Source: an uncultured Phycisphaeraceae bacterium
GTDB taxonomy: Bacteria; Planctomycetota; Phycisphaerae; UBA1845
DNA length: 64,000 nt
Reading direction: 5' to 3'
Assembly: GCA_964495075.1 (NCBI GenBank)
Contig: CAZBUJ010000001.1
Location: forward strand, 78,539 to 142,538
Under the pieces are notes generated by a model. It ran no database searches. It saw nothing but the letters and a program-made list of their open reading frames with translations, and had not been told where the DNA came from. Numbering within the stretch: position 1 is the stretch's first letter; every line of letters starts with the position of its first letter. Shown piece after piece: positions 16,519 to 28,118 of this stretch. A program made the position numbers and the translations under genes.

Positions 16519-17568
16519 ATGGCAAAGTCGCGCGCGGTCCAATTGCGGACACTGCTCGCGGATCCTGATAAGAAGGCCGCCCCGCGAATGGCGGTCGAGT
16601 TCCTGCACTGCGCCTGGCGGTACAAGGAAATCCCCTTCCATTACTTCACGCGCTTCGCCTATCGACGTCATGTCAAGAACTACCTGGATTACGTCTCGAA
16701 CCGCGAAATCAAACGCCTGCACGAACACTTCAACACCGGCGGCCCGGTCCCGCTCCTGGCCGACAAGCTGTATTTCCAGTACTTTTGTGAACGGCACGGG
16801 CTCCCCGGCCCGCGGATGCTCGGGCACATCACGCGTCGCACCGCGGTCCAGGCCGGTCGGGCGACCTTCGTCGAATCGCCGGCAGCCCTTCGCGCCTGGA
16901 TGAGCCGGCTGGCAGCGGAGGCGGACAGTAACGTCGTCTTCGCCAAACCGACCCGCGGCTGGAGCGGGATGAACGTGTTCCGCATCGACTTCGCGGCGCT
17001 GCCAGCCGACGATCCCTCGTTCGCCAAGCTGCTAGACGCGGCGAAGCTCGATACCTACCTGATCCAGGCCGCGATCGTGCAGCACCCTGACGTGGCCGAG
17101 GTTCACCCACCCAGTGTGAACACCATCCGCCTCGATACGTACGTCCACGACGACGGCTCGGTTGAGATTATGTCGGCGATCATGCGTTTCGGCGCGGAAG
17201 GCCGGCACGTGGACAACGGGACCGCCGGCGGGCTGTTCGTCGGGATCGATCTGGACACCCACACGCTTCGCGGCCATGGGTATCGCCTGATCCAGTACGG
17301 TGGAGCCGTGTGCACGCACCATCCGACCACCCACGTCCCCTTCGCCGGCCGGCACGTGCCGCACCTGGACGCCGTGCAGGACCTCGTGCGGCGCGCGGCG
17401 TCCCTGATCCCCTCCCTGCCGCTACTGGGCTGGGACGTGGCGATCCAGCTCGATGGGCCGCTACTGATCGAAGGCAACCACGATTACCACAAGGGCATGC
17501 AGGACATCGCTTTCGGCGGCTACCGCCGGCACCCGACCTTCCGCCGCCTCCTGGACGCCTGCACGTAG
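16519..17568 (+). CDS. sugar-transfer-associated ATP-grasp family protein (ATPgrasp_ST-like)
   Basis: ATG 16519 gives 349 aa. VVFAKPTRGWSGMNVF, HVDNGTAGGLFVGIDLDTHTL and LLGWDVAIQLDGPLLIEGN match the family pattern as I recall it. Confidence 0.7.
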   Translation: MAKSRAVQLRTLLADPDKKAAPRMAVEFLHCAWRYKEIPFHYFTRFAYRRHVKNYLDYVSNREIKRLHEHFNTGGPVPLLADKLYFQYFCERHGLPGPRMLGHITRRTAVQAGRATFVESPAALRAWMSRLAAEADSNVVFAKPTRGWSGMNVFRIDFAALPADDPSFAKLLDAAKLDTYLIQAAIVQHPDVAEVHPPSVNTIRLDTYVHDDGSVEIMSAIMRFGAEGRHVDNGTAGGLFVGIDLDTHTLRGHGYRLIQYGGAVCTHHPTTHVPFAGRHVPHLDAVQDLVRRAASLIPSLPLLGWDVAIQLDGPLLIEGNHDYHKGMQDIAFGGYRRHPTFRRLLDACT

Positions 17569-17589
17569 GTGAGGCGCGCGAAGCGCCGA

Positions 17590-18132
17590 TCACGCCTTTT
17601 CGTGGGCAAGCACGCGGTGCACGAGGCGGCGGTGGGCGCCCACCAGGTCGCGGCAGATGAGGTCGATGCGGTCGTTCAACTCGCGGCGGTCGCGCAGGAC
17701 CCGCCGGACCGTCTCCCGCAATTCGCGGAAACGCCGCTCCTTGCGGATCGACTCCCGGTGGGCCTGCAACGCCGCAGCCACGACCTCCTGCAAGTGCGGT
17801 ATCGAGAAGGGCTTCGTCAGAAAGTCGGTGGCACCCAGGCGGAGCGCTTCGATGGCCTGACTCAACGTTGGACGGGCACTGGTCAGGATCACCGGTCGCG
17901 AGCTGAACTCTTTTAAATGCCGGAGAAACGCCACCCCGTCGAGCCCCGGCAGGTCGAAATCGGTCAACACCAGGTCGTGCGGCTCGAGGATCTCGACGTC
18001 GAGGGCGTCCTCTGCCGAAACGGCACACGTGAGCCGCGCCGCGAAATGCGGGCCGAGACAGTCCACCAGCATCTCCGTGATCCGCGGGTCCGGTTCGACA
18101 ATCAGGATCTTCGGCGTCCACGTGTCCGTCAT
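17590..18132 (-). CDS. response regulator (REC domain with C-terminal coiled-coil-like tail, no DNA-binding domain)
   Basis: KILIVEPDP...DLVLTDFDLPGLDG...PVILTSA...ATDFLTKPF. ATG 18132. Confidence 0.85.
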   Translation of the reverse strand: MTDTWTPKILIVEPDPRITEMLVDCLGPHFAARLTCAVSAEDALDVEILEPHDLVLTDFDLPGLDGVAFLRHLKEFSSRPVILTSARPTLSQAIEALRLGATDFLTKPFSIPHLQEVVAAALQAHRESIRKERRFRELRETVRRVLRDRRELNDRIDLICRDLVGAHRRLVHRVLAHEKA

Positions 18133-18283
18133 TGGACCTCGGCCCCCAGTGACCACGAAGCCATACCGGCTCGTCGCGTCGGCGCACGCGCCTTGACCGC
18201 GGCGTCAGGTGCACAATCTCTCAACGGGAACCGCAAGGGGCGAGCGGCACGTGCCCGATCCATCGACAGGTGCCAGTTATCTG

Positions 18284-20548
18284 TCACACCCGGCGCTTGG
18301 CGGGCAGCTCGAGGTAAACGGTCGTGCCCCGCCCTTCCGTGGATTCGAGCCACAACCGGCCGCCGTTGATGTCGACGAGCCGGGCGGCCCGGGACAGGCC
18401 CAATCCACGTCCGCGTCCTGCGGCCCGGTGCGAGAAAAACGGGTCCAGGGCGTGTTCCGCCACGTCCGGCGTCATGCCCTTGCCGTTGTCCCGCACGGAG
18501 AGAACGACCGTATCATCGGACGTTGGGGAAGTGGAGTTGATTACCAAACGGGGAGAAGTGCCGGCCATCGCTTCCACCGCGTTGCTCACGATCGCGTCCA
18601 GCGCGTTGACGATCTGGTGGGAATCGACGAAGAGGCTCGCCCCCAGGTCCGATATCTCGAGCCGGAATTCCGCCGGGCCCAGCGACGAACGCTCTAGCCA
18701 GCGGTCGCGGAACGCCTGCAACCACGGGCCCAACGCCGCCGGCTCCGGCTTCGGCGGGTCGGGCTTGGCGAACGCCATCAGTTCCGTCACGATCATCGTC
18801 GCACGGTCCGTCTGCTCCCGGATGATCTCCAGCGCGCGGCGGTCCTGATCCTCCATCCTCGTGCGGGCGAGCATTTGGGCGCGACCCGAAATGACGGCCA
18901 GCGGGTTGTTCAGTTCGTGGGCCGCCCCCGCCGCCATCTGCGCGATCATGGCCAGCGAACGGTTCCGCAACAACTCGGCCTGGGCCGCGTGCAACTGGCG
19001 ATTGACTTCGGCCAACTCCTCCTGCAGACGCTGCCCGTCGCGGCGGGCGATCGCCTCCGCTGTGGCCAACCCGAACGCCGTACACAATGCCTCCAGTTCC
19101 TGGCGGGCCTGGTTGTGGGCGAACACCACGTCGTCCGACGCGGAAAACAACACGCCACCCACGATTCGACCCGCATAGAGGAACGGAAGCATGGACAGCG
19201 GCCGCCCCGCCCACGCCGAGCCGAATCGATCGGCCAGCGCCGAGGAATACTCGGCGACCGGCATGATCCGCGGCGCGTCCACCGCTCTCCGCGCCGATGG
19301 ACCCGACCCGTGCGCCCATGTCGGGCCGCCGCCGACGTCGATCCAGTTCCCCTCGCCGTCGACCGCCAGCACCCGCGACTCCGGCGAATCGCCGATGACC
19401 GCAAAAGCCATCGTGCGGGCCACGCCCAGCAGCGATTGCGAAGAGCGGGCCGCCTGGCGACAGACGTCCGCCACCCGGTCGTCCAACGTCAGCCCGGCAT
19501 GAAAACGGTCCAGTGCCTCGAAGTAGCTGGACCGAAGCTGTAGTCGGCGGTTCGTTTCCGCCAGCGACTGGTTCAACCGTCCGAGTTCCTCGTTGGCGTC
19601 GGCCAACGCCTCCGCGTACACGTCCGTCGACGTCAGTTCGTCGAGCCCCACCAGCTGGCAGTGCTGCTCGATCGTCTGCGGCAACGCGGCCAGCACCTCA
19701 TCGACCGCTCCGTCCGCGAGCCCCAGTTCGCGGGCGATGTCCTGGATCGGCTCCTGCCGGTTGTACCCGGAGAACCCGATACGATGGCGCCGCACGAGCT
19801 CGTCGGCCAGATGCACGATCGCGACGAGCGCGGCCGACTCGATGGCGTCCGGCAGCGCTTGCGGTGACTGGTGATGAAGCCAGGCACACTCGATTATTGG
19901 TTTGGGGAGCCTCCAGCGGGTCAGCAGCCGCTTGCCCGCGATGGTGTGGTCCAGGCCGAGCAGATCCTGCTCGACGTCGCTGATACAGCGGTGCCGGGCC
20001 AGCGTCTCGCGAACCACGCGGGCGTAACTCTTGGGGAGGCACGCGTCGAGTGCCATCTTTCCCACATCGTGGAGCAGTCCGCATACGAAGGCTTCCGCCG
20101 GACGGAGCCCGGACGGCAGCCGCTCCGCGATGAGCTGGGCGGCGCACGCCGCGCCCAGACTGTGCTTCCAGAACTCGGCCCGGTCGAAATCCGTCTCGCC
20201 GTGCGGCTCCACCGAGGCGAACGTCTCGTAGATCTGAACCGACAACACCGCGCTGCGAACCGCGTCGAAGCCCAGCAGGACGACCACCCGATCGACCGTC
20301 ATCACGTCGCCGCGAACACCGAGGTCGGACCGCCGCACCAGTGACAATAACTTGGCGGTCAAGGCCTGGTCCGCCTCGATCACCTCGACCACGTCCCGCG
20401 CACTGCTGGTTGGATCGGTGACACGCTCCAGCAGACGGATGGCCACCGCGGGCAACGTGGGCAACTCCTCGATCTGCGAGAGGATCAACTCCACGCGGTC
20501 CCGATCGGCACCGGCATCCGATGTTGCGGTGTCGGCAGCCGAATGCAT
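18284..20548 (-). CDS. HDOD-domain sensor histidine kinase
   Basis: ATG 20548 gives 754 aa. N-terminal HDOD (LPTLPAVAIRLL...LLHDVGKMALD), central sensor region, HisKA H-box AHELNNPLAVISGRAQML, HATPase N/G boxes (NAVEAM, VRDNGKGM, GRGRGLGLS). Confidence 0.9.
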   Translation of the reverse strand: MHSAADTATSDAGADRDRVELILSQIEELPTLPAVAIRLLERVTDPTSSARDVVEVIEADQALTAKLLSLVRRSDLGVRGDVMTVDRVVVLLGFDAVRSAVLSVQIYETFASVEPHGETDFDRAEFWKHSLGAACAAQLIAERLPSGLRPAEAFVCGLLHDVGKMALDACLPKSYARVVRETLARHRCISDVEQDLLGLDHTIAGKRLLTRWRLPKPIIECAWLHHQSPQALPDAIESAALVAIVHLADELVRRHRIGFSGYNRQEPIQDIARELGLADGAVDEVLAALPQTIEQHCQLVGLDELTSTDVYAEALADANEELGRLNQSLAETNRRLQLRSSYFEALDRFHAGLTLDDRVADVCRQAARSSQSLLGVARTMAFAVIGDSPESRVLAVDGEGNWIDVGGGPTWAHGSGPSARRAVDAPRIMPVAEYSSALADRFGSAWAGRPLSMLPFLYAGRIVGGVLFSASDDVVFAHNQARQELEALCTAFGLATAEAIARRDGQRLQEELAEVNRQLHAAQAELLRNRSLAMIAQMAAGAAHELNNPLAVISGRAQMLARTRMEDQDRRALEIIREQTDRATMIVTELMAFAKPDPPKPEPAALGPWLQAFRDRWLERSSLGPAEFRLEISDLGASLFVDSHQIVNALDAIVSNAVEAMAGTSPRLVINSTSPTSDDTVVLSVRDNGKGMTPDVAEHALDPFFSHRAAGRGRGLGLSRAARLVDINGGRLWLESTEGRGTTVYLELPAKRRV

Positions 20549-20600
20549 CGAAGCGCACTCCCGGCGACGGCCAAGGGACACGACGGGCGGCGCCCGCCCG

Positions 20601-21164
20601 CTAGAGCCGGACCAGCTCGGCCATTCGCGTGATGACAGCGTCGATCTCGAAAGGCTTCTTGATGAACTCGTCCGCGCCGGCCGCCATGAGCTCCTCGACC
20701 TCGTCCGGGTCGGCCACGCCACTCACGGCGATAATCTTGATGTGTTCGAATTCCGGCGTCGAACGAATCCGCCGGCACACCACGTTGCCGTTGATATCCG
20801 GAAGCTTGAAATCGAGCAGGATGATGTCCGGGCGAAACTGATGCGTGAGCAGCCCGGCATCGTACCCCGTGGTCGCCGTCCGCACCTCGAACCGCCCGTC
20901 CCGCTCCAGCAGTTCCGAGAACATCTCCACGATCGCCTCGTCGTCATCCACCACCAAGACACGCTTCTTGCCCGACGCCAACTGATCGAGCGGAATGTCG
21001 TTCTCCTTCATGAAGGAAATCAAGGCTTCACGAGGAATCCGCCGAAACCGCGATCCCGGCACGCGGAAGCCTTTGAGGCGACCGTTATCGAAACAACGGA
21101 TCACCGTTTGCTGGCTGATCTTGCAGATGGCTGCCACTTCGCCCGTTGTGTACACGCTCTTCAT
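20601..21164 (-). CDS. response regulator with N-terminal excisionase/MerR-type HTH and C-terminal REC domain
   Basis: ATG 21164 gives 187 aa. YTTGEVAAICKISQQTVIRCFDNGRLKGFRVPGSRFRRIP HTH, then VLVVDDDEAIV...IILLDFKLPDING...IIAVSG...DEFIKKPF. Confidence 0.85.
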   Translation of the reverse strand: MKSVYTTGEVAAICKISQQTVIRCFDNGRLKGFRVPGSRFRRIPREALISFMKENDIPLDQLASGKKRVLVVDDDEAIVEMFSELLERDGRFEVRTATTGYDAGLLTHQFRPDIILLDFKLPDINGNVVCRRIRSTPEFEHIKIIAVSGVADPDEVEELMAAGADEFIKKPFEIDAVITRMAELVRL

Positions 21165-21246
21165 CGTATCCGTCCTCGCTGGTTCGGGCGCCACCGAACC
21201 ACCACCCAACCGCGTTGAAATTGCCTAGATAACCCAGGTTTACTAT

Positions 21247-21275
21247 ATAGTACAGTTCTCATCCTTTGCGGTCAA
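21247..21275 (-). promoter_or_regulatory. putative sigma70-type promoter (TTGACC-17 nt-TACTAT) for the HTH-REC/HDOD-kinase genes
   Basis: On the minus strand, TTGACC (21275-21270) and TACTAT (21252-21247). The -10 lies inside the 12-bp palindrome TACTATATAGTA (21241-21252). Confidence 0.45.
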
Positions 21276-21343
21276 ATGGAAAATGGCTACACGGAGCGCG
21301 CCGTTCGGCCGAATCAGGGCTGGTGCGCAAGTTTTTACCGGAG

Positions 21344-23236
<1,893 letters not shown>

Positions 23237-23416
23237 ACGGTTTCACGAAGACCGGCATTATAGCCGAGGTGGGGTGGTGCGTGCCACGCCACGCGCCGGT
23301 CGATGTTGTGCTCCCGCCGTTCAGGGGTTGCCCGGCCGGCCGGTCGATTTGCCGCCGGTGGATGGCTTGTTCATTCCGTCACAAGCGAGCCGTGGTGGCG
23401 CAGGTGGCAAGCCCGC

Positions 23417-23446
23417 TTGATCCGTTGGGCGGCAGGCGGCTACAAT
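23417..23446 (+). promoter_or_regulatory. putative sigma70-type promoter (TTGATC-18 nt-TACAAT) upstream of acs
   Basis: TTGATC at 23417-23422 and TACAAT at 23441-23446. The leader to ATG 23604 would be about 150 nt. Confidence 0.35.
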
Positions 23447-23603
23447 GCGCTGCACAGCAGGTCTGGGGGCTCTCCTCCAGTGACGAGTGGGCCGGTATTC
23501 CGAGAGATGCGAGAGTAGTCGGTGAGGGGTGCGGCGTGGGCGGGGTGATTCCGCGCGGCTGCGTCGCAGGCCGCCTCTCACGACCAGCAAGAAAGGAACC
23601 AGC

Positions 23604-25565
23604 ATGAGCGATTCAGCCGTTTTTGACGATCTGTTGCAGGAGCAGCGAGAGTTCCCACCACCGGGCGCCTTTGCGGCGAACGCGATCATCAAGGACGACT
23701 CCATCTACCGTGCCGCCCGGGACAGCTACGAGGCGTTCTGGGCGCGGCAGGCGCAGGAACTCGACTGGTTCAAGCCGTGGGACCGCGTCCTCGACTGGAA
23801 TCCGCCCCACGTGCGGTGGTTCGACGGCGGGAAGTTGAACATCACGCACAACTGCCTGGATCGCCAACTGAAGTCCGGGCGTCGCAACAAGGCGGCGATC
23901 ATCTGGGAAGGTGAGAACGGCGAGACGCGGACGATGACGTATCTGCAGTTGCACCGTGAGGTGTGCCGGTTCGCCAGTGCGCTCAAGGGGCTCGGCGTGG
24001 GCAAGGGCGACCGGGTGGCTATCTACATGCCGATGATGGTGGAAGCGGTGGTGTCCATGCTCGCCTGTGCGCGGCTCGGCGCGATCCACAGTGTCGTTTT
24101 CGGCGGCTTTTCGGCGGACTCGCTGGCCGACCGGATCAACGACGCCGCGTGCTCGGTGGTGATCACGGCGGACGGGGGTTGGCGCCGCGGGCGTGTGTTG
24201 CCGTTGAAAAACGAGGTGGATCGGGCGTTGGAGAACTGTACGTGCGTGAACCACGTGGTGGTGGTGAAACGACCGCACGGCGAGCCGTTCCCCTGTCACA
24301 TCAAGGAGGGACGCGATCACTGGTATCACCGCCTGATGGAGATTCCGGACGCGACGTGCCCACCCGTCGAGATGGAGGCGGAGGACGTCCTGTTTATCCT
24401 GTACACGTCGGGCACGACGGGCAAACCGAAGGGCATCGTTCACACCACCGGCGGCTACGCGGTCGGCACCCATGCGACGTGCAAGTACGTGTTCGATCTG
24501 AGGGACGACGACGTGTTCTGGTGCACGGCCGACGTGGGATGGGTCACCGGTCACAGCTATCTCGTATACGGTCCGTTGCAGTGCGGGGCCACCATTCTCA
24601 TGTACGAGGGTGCTCCGGACTATCCGGAAAAGGACCGTTTTTGGGAGATGGTGGACCGGCACGGTGTGACGGTGTTCTACACGGCCCCGACCGCCATCCG
24701 GGCGTTCATGAAATGGGGGTCGGAATTGCCGGCCAGGCACGATCTGAGTGGTCTGCGCCTGCTCGGCACCGTCGGTGAACCGATCAACCCGCAAGCCTGG
24801 ATGTGGTACCACGAGCACATCGGTCGCGGGCAATGCCCGATCGTGGACACGTGGTGGCAGACGGAGACCGGGGCCATCATGATCACCGGGCTGCCCGGTG
24901 TGTCGACCATGAAGCCGGGGCACGCCGGCCTTCCGTTCCCGGGCATCGAAGCCACCCTTCTCAACGAGCGAGGCGAGGAGGTGACCGAGGGCACGGGCTT
25001 GCTCGCGATCACCAAACCATGGCCGTCAATGCTCCGCACGATCTGGGGTGACGACGAGCGGTTTGTGGAAACGTACTTCTCCAAGTGGGACAACAAGACC
25101 TACTTCCCGGGTGACGGGGCGAAGCGCGACGCGAAGGGCAATTACATGATTCTGGGCCGCGTGGATGATGTGCTGAACGTGGCCGGCCACCGGATCGGGA
25201 CAATGGAGGTCGAGTCGGCGCTGGTCGATCATCCCGCGGTGGTGGAATCGGCGGTGGTCGGTCGCAGGCACGACGTCAAGGGCGAGGCCATCGTGGCGTT
25301 CGTCACGTTGAGCGGCGGCACGATGCCCGGCCCCGAGCTTCGCGAGGCCCTCAAGGCGCACGTGACCGGCAAGATTGGCGCCATCGCCCGACCGGAGGAA
25401 ATCATCTTCTCCTCGGACGTGCCGAAGACCCGCTCGGGCAAGATCATGCGGCGACTGCTGCGGGACATCGCCGAAGGTCGGGTGCTGGGCGATACGACAA
25501 CGCTGGCCGACCCGGCCGTGGTGGAGACGCTGCGGGAGGCGTATGAGGAGAAATATGGCGGGTGA
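23604..25565 (+). CDS. acs: acetyl-CoA synthetase
   Basis: ATG 23604 (GAAAGGA SD) gives 653 aa. [15 protein letters not shown]-binding motif, [21 protein letters not shown]-terminal motif. Confidence 0.95.
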   Translation: MSDSAVFDDLLQEQREFPPPGAFAANAIIKDDSIYRAARDSYEAFWARQAQELDWFKPWDRVLDWNPPHVRWFDGGKLNITHNCLDRQLKSGRRNKAAIIWEGENGETRTMTYLQLHREVCRFASALKGLGVGKGDRVAIYMPMMVEAVVSMLACARLGAIHSVVFGGFSADSLADRINDAACSVVITADGGWRRGRVLPLKNEVDRALENCTCVNHVVVVKRPHGEPFPCHIKEGRDHWYHRLMEIPDATCPPVEMEAEDVLFILYTSGTTGKPKGIVHTTGGYAVGTHATCKYVFDLRDDDVFWCTADVGWVTGHSYLVYGPLQCGATILMYEGAPDYPEKDRFWEMVDRHGVTVFYTAPTAIRAFMKWGSELPARHDLSGLRLLGTVGEPINPQAWMWYHEHIGRGQCPIVDTWWQTETGAIMITGLPGVSTMKPGHAGLPFPGIEATLLNERGEEVTEGTGLLAITKPWPSMLRTIWGDDERFVETYFSKWDNKTYFPGDGAKRDAKGNYMILGRVDDVLNVAGHRIGTMEVESALVDHPAVVESAVVGRRHDVKGEAIVAFVTLSGGTMPGPELREALKAHVTGKIGAIARPEEIIFSSDVPKTRSGKIMRRLLRDIAEGRVLGDTTTLADPAVVETLREAYEEKYGG

Positions 25566-25703
25566 TGATCGGCGTATTTGAGTCGGAAGGTGTTTTTGAA
25601 TGACGAATGACAGATGACAGATGAGTCGTGGCGCTGAGGGACGGGTTCGAGTTCCTGGCGCCCGGGGAGTTCATTTTGGTGTTTGAAGAACCCGGAAGAA
25701 ACG

Positions 25704-25740
25704 CCCCGGCGCGCAGAGTTGCGCGTCCAGGCGGTTTTTT
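25704..25740 (+). terminator. rho-independent terminator (GC hairpin plus T6) after acs, possibly bidirectional
   Basis: CGCGCA-GAGT-TGCGCG core stem with flanking GC pairs, followed by TTTTTT at 25735-25740. Confidence 0.5.
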
Positions 25741-25853
25741 GTTGTCGCGTGCACATCGGATTCTCGCGGCCGATGAAGACACCGCCTCGACGCGGGACCG
25801 GGGCGTTCAGTCGGTTTCACTTGTTGCGGGCGGTGCGCGACGGCTCGCGCCCC

Positions 25854-26189
25854 CTACTTTCCAGCGCGGTACCTGATGACCCGGACCTGTTCGAGGGTGA
25901 CCAGACCGTCGTCGAGCATTTCGTCGACATGGGGGAGAAACGCGTCGATTCGCTCCTTGCTATCGACGATTTCGACGACGATGGGCAGGTCCTCGGAGAG
26001 TCGGAGGATCTTGGCGGTGTGCAGGTGGCTCCTGGCTCCGAAGCCCATGGGGCCGCGGAGGACGGTCGCCCCGGCCATACACAGTTCGCGGGCCTTGAGC
26101 ACGATGGCTTCGTAGAGCGGCTTGCCGTGCCACTTGTCACTTTCACCCAGGAAGATGCGAAGCAGGTATCCCTCTTGCGAGATCTTCAT
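25854..26189 (-). CDS. DUF190 domain protein (CrcB-associated)
   Basis: 111 aa. LRIFLGESDKWHGKPLYEAIVLKARE...GATVLRGPMGFGA...IVVEIVDSKERIDAFLP is the typical DUF190 pattern. Lies 4 nt downstream of crcB. Confidence 0.8.
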   Translation of the reverse strand: MKISQEGYLLRIFLGESDKWHGKPLYEAIVLKARELCMAGATVLRGPMGFGARSHLHTAKILRLSEDLPIVVEIVDSKERIDAFLPHVDEMLDDGLVTLEQVRVIRYRAGK

Positions 26190-26193
26190 GGCG

Positions 26194-26592
26194 TCACGTC
26201 ACTCCATATAGCCGCTCGGCGGCGCGGTACCCCAGCCACACGGCGGCCAGGCCTGCAGCATTGCTGACGAGCATGTTTCCCAGCGCCCAGAACGCTTCCC
26301 GTTCGCGAAGCAGGTGGAACGTCTCCAGCCCGAAGGTGGAGAAGGTCGTGAACGATCCGATCAGCCCGACCAGGATCAGCAAGCGGTATTCCGCCGGCAC
26401 GAGCTTGGCGCTGAAAATCGCGCTCAGCAGGCCGATGACGAAGCAGCCGACCAGGTTGACGGTCAGCGTGCCCGCCGGAAGCAGGCCGCCGGTCCAGTTC
26501 TGGGCCCAGCCGGATGCCAGATAGCGAAGGACGGCGCCAACCGCCCCCCCCGCCGCGATGAGAAGGAGCTTTGTAAACAACGCGGACCTCAC
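26194..26592 (-). CDS. crcB: fluoride ion channel CrcB/FluC
   Basis: 132 aa, four TM segments. GGAVGAVLRY, GTLTVNLVGCF and FTTFSTF signature. Confidence 0.9.
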   Translation of the reverse strand: MRSALFTKLLLIAAGGAVGAVLRYLASGWAQNWTGGLLPAGTLTVNLVGCFVIGLLSAIFSAKLVPAEYRLLILVGLIGSFTTFSTFGLETFHLLREREAFWALGNMLVSNAAGLAAVWLGYRAAERLYGVT

Positions 26593-26993
26593 TCACGATC
26601 GTCTTGGAGAACTCTTCTGTCGCGGCATGGTAGCGGCACGTGCCACGCTTGCCCAGTGGAATCGCGACCGGATCGATCAACACGACAGCGCCGGGTTGGG
26701 CTCAGATCGCCGATGACGCCGGCGAGAACGCATTTGCCCAACCGGTCCAGCCGGCGTTGCGAGCTGAAAGCGCCATTTGTAGCGCTGTACCATCAATCCG
26801 GGTCGAGTGAAGTGGGTCGATTGAACCGGCTCGCTCGAGTCGCAGCCGGCACGCGCGGGGTGCACACGTAACGCATCACCGGAATCGAACGAGGCCGCAA
26901 AGGGATCGGTATGCCAACTCACGCTCGTGCCGATCGTTTGTCGGACCGGCCCCGCCCGGCTCATCTGCCTCGCCCGGTTCGACGAGTTGCCCG

Positions 26994-28118
26994 TCAGACG
27001 GCCGTGCCGGTCACACCGTTTCGCGTTCGCGACTGATTCGGCTTCGGCTCGGCGGGTGCGGGTACCGGCTGGGCCGGTTGATTCGGCTTCGGCTCCGCCC
27101 CCGGCTTCGGCGTTTCCGGCTCGATGGGCGCGGAGAGCCGGGCCGCCTCGAGCAGGGTTTGCGTGGTCCGCTGGCCGGGGTCCAGGCGATTCGCCCGCAC
27201 GAGCGACACGACCGCCTCCGCGTGTTTGTCCGTGAAGTACTGGTAGTAGCCCAGGAGGAACCACATGTTCGCGTTTTCGCTGTACTGATCCGCGGCTTCT
27301 TTGAGTTTCTGGTAGTGGTCTGTGAAGTCGCCTGACTCCCAGTAGTCGCTGCGGATGTCGAGGGAGAGGTACACCAGTTTCGGCTGCAGTTGCAAGGCGC
27401 GGCGGACGAGCAGCGCGGCCTCACCGTAGTGGCCCAGGGCGACAAGGGCGTGAGCGGCGTGGAGCCGGGAGGCGGCGTCACCCTGATTCAGCTTGGCGGC
27501 GAGGATGAACTGTCGCGACGAGGTGGAATAGTCGCCGTGATTGAACGCTTCGACGCCGGTCCGCATCGCGTCGAGATAGGAACGCGTGCCCCGCTCGTAC
27601 CTGAATTCCCACTCGGCGAAGCGCTTCCCGTCACGATGGCCCTGAACGTATCCCTCGTCGAAGGCGAAGCCGCCGCCGTACGGCGCGTATCCGTACCCGT
27701 ACGCGGGAGAATCGCCCCATTGGGCCCAGGCCCGTGGTGCCGCGTACCCGCGACCCCAATACGGGTCGTACACGCCCGGGCCGCGGTAATACCGGCCACG
27801 GTACCGGCCGTACGGTCGGTAGTAATCGCGGGCGAAGCGGGTGCCGCGATACAAGCGCATGCGATAGCGCCAGTCTCGTTCGTACCAGTCGTACGGCGGT
27901 TCGGAGTCGTAATCGAGCCAGTCGGGGACCGGGGCCTGCCATTCCGGGGGCGCGGTTTCCGTGTTGGGCAAGGACAGCGCCTTCTCTTTCGGGCTGACCG
28001 GCGGTTCGTATTGCCGGGCCGGGTCGGATTGGGCTCCGGCTTGCGCGGTCCACGCCATCATCAACAGGCCCACCACGCCGAAGCGCACAGTGCTGGTGTT
28101 CGCCGACATGTGAAACAT
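26994..28118 (-). CDS. secreted TPR-repeat protein with Tyr/Arg/Gly/Trp-rich low-complexity region
   Basis: ATG 28118 (GAGGAG upstream) gives 374 aa. Signal VGLLMMAWTAQAGAQ, then a Y/R/G-rich segment, TPR-like helices (GHYGEAALLVRRALQLQP, WFLLGYYQYFTDKHAEAV), and an AEPKPNQ x2 tail. Confidence 0.65.
   Translation of the reverse strand: MFHMSANTSTVRFGVVGLLMMAWTAQAGAQSDPARQYEPPVSPKEKALSLPNTETAPPEWQAPVPDWLDYDSEPPYDWYERDWRYRMRLYRGTRFARDYYRPYGRYRGRYYRGPGVYDPYWGRGYAAPRAWAQWGDSPAYGYGYAPYGGGFAFDEGYVQGHRDGKRFAEWEFRYERGTRSYLDAMRTGVEAFNHGDYSTSSRQFILAAKLNQGDAASRLHAAHALVALGHYGEAALLVRRALQLQPKLVYLSLDIRSDYWESGDFTDHYQKLKEAADQYSENANMWFLLGYYQYFTDKHAEAVVSLVRANRLDPGQRTTQTLLEAARLSAPIEPETPKPGAEPKPNQPAQPVPAPAEPKPNQSRTRNGVTGTAV

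Noticed and set aside
26593-26993. Expected fluoride (crcB-motif) riboswitch upstream of crcB
   Set aside because: Inspecting the minus-strand leader by eye gave only partial matches to the conserved core, with no consistent P1/P3/pseudoknot. It is not reported as a feature, and a covariance-model search is needed.
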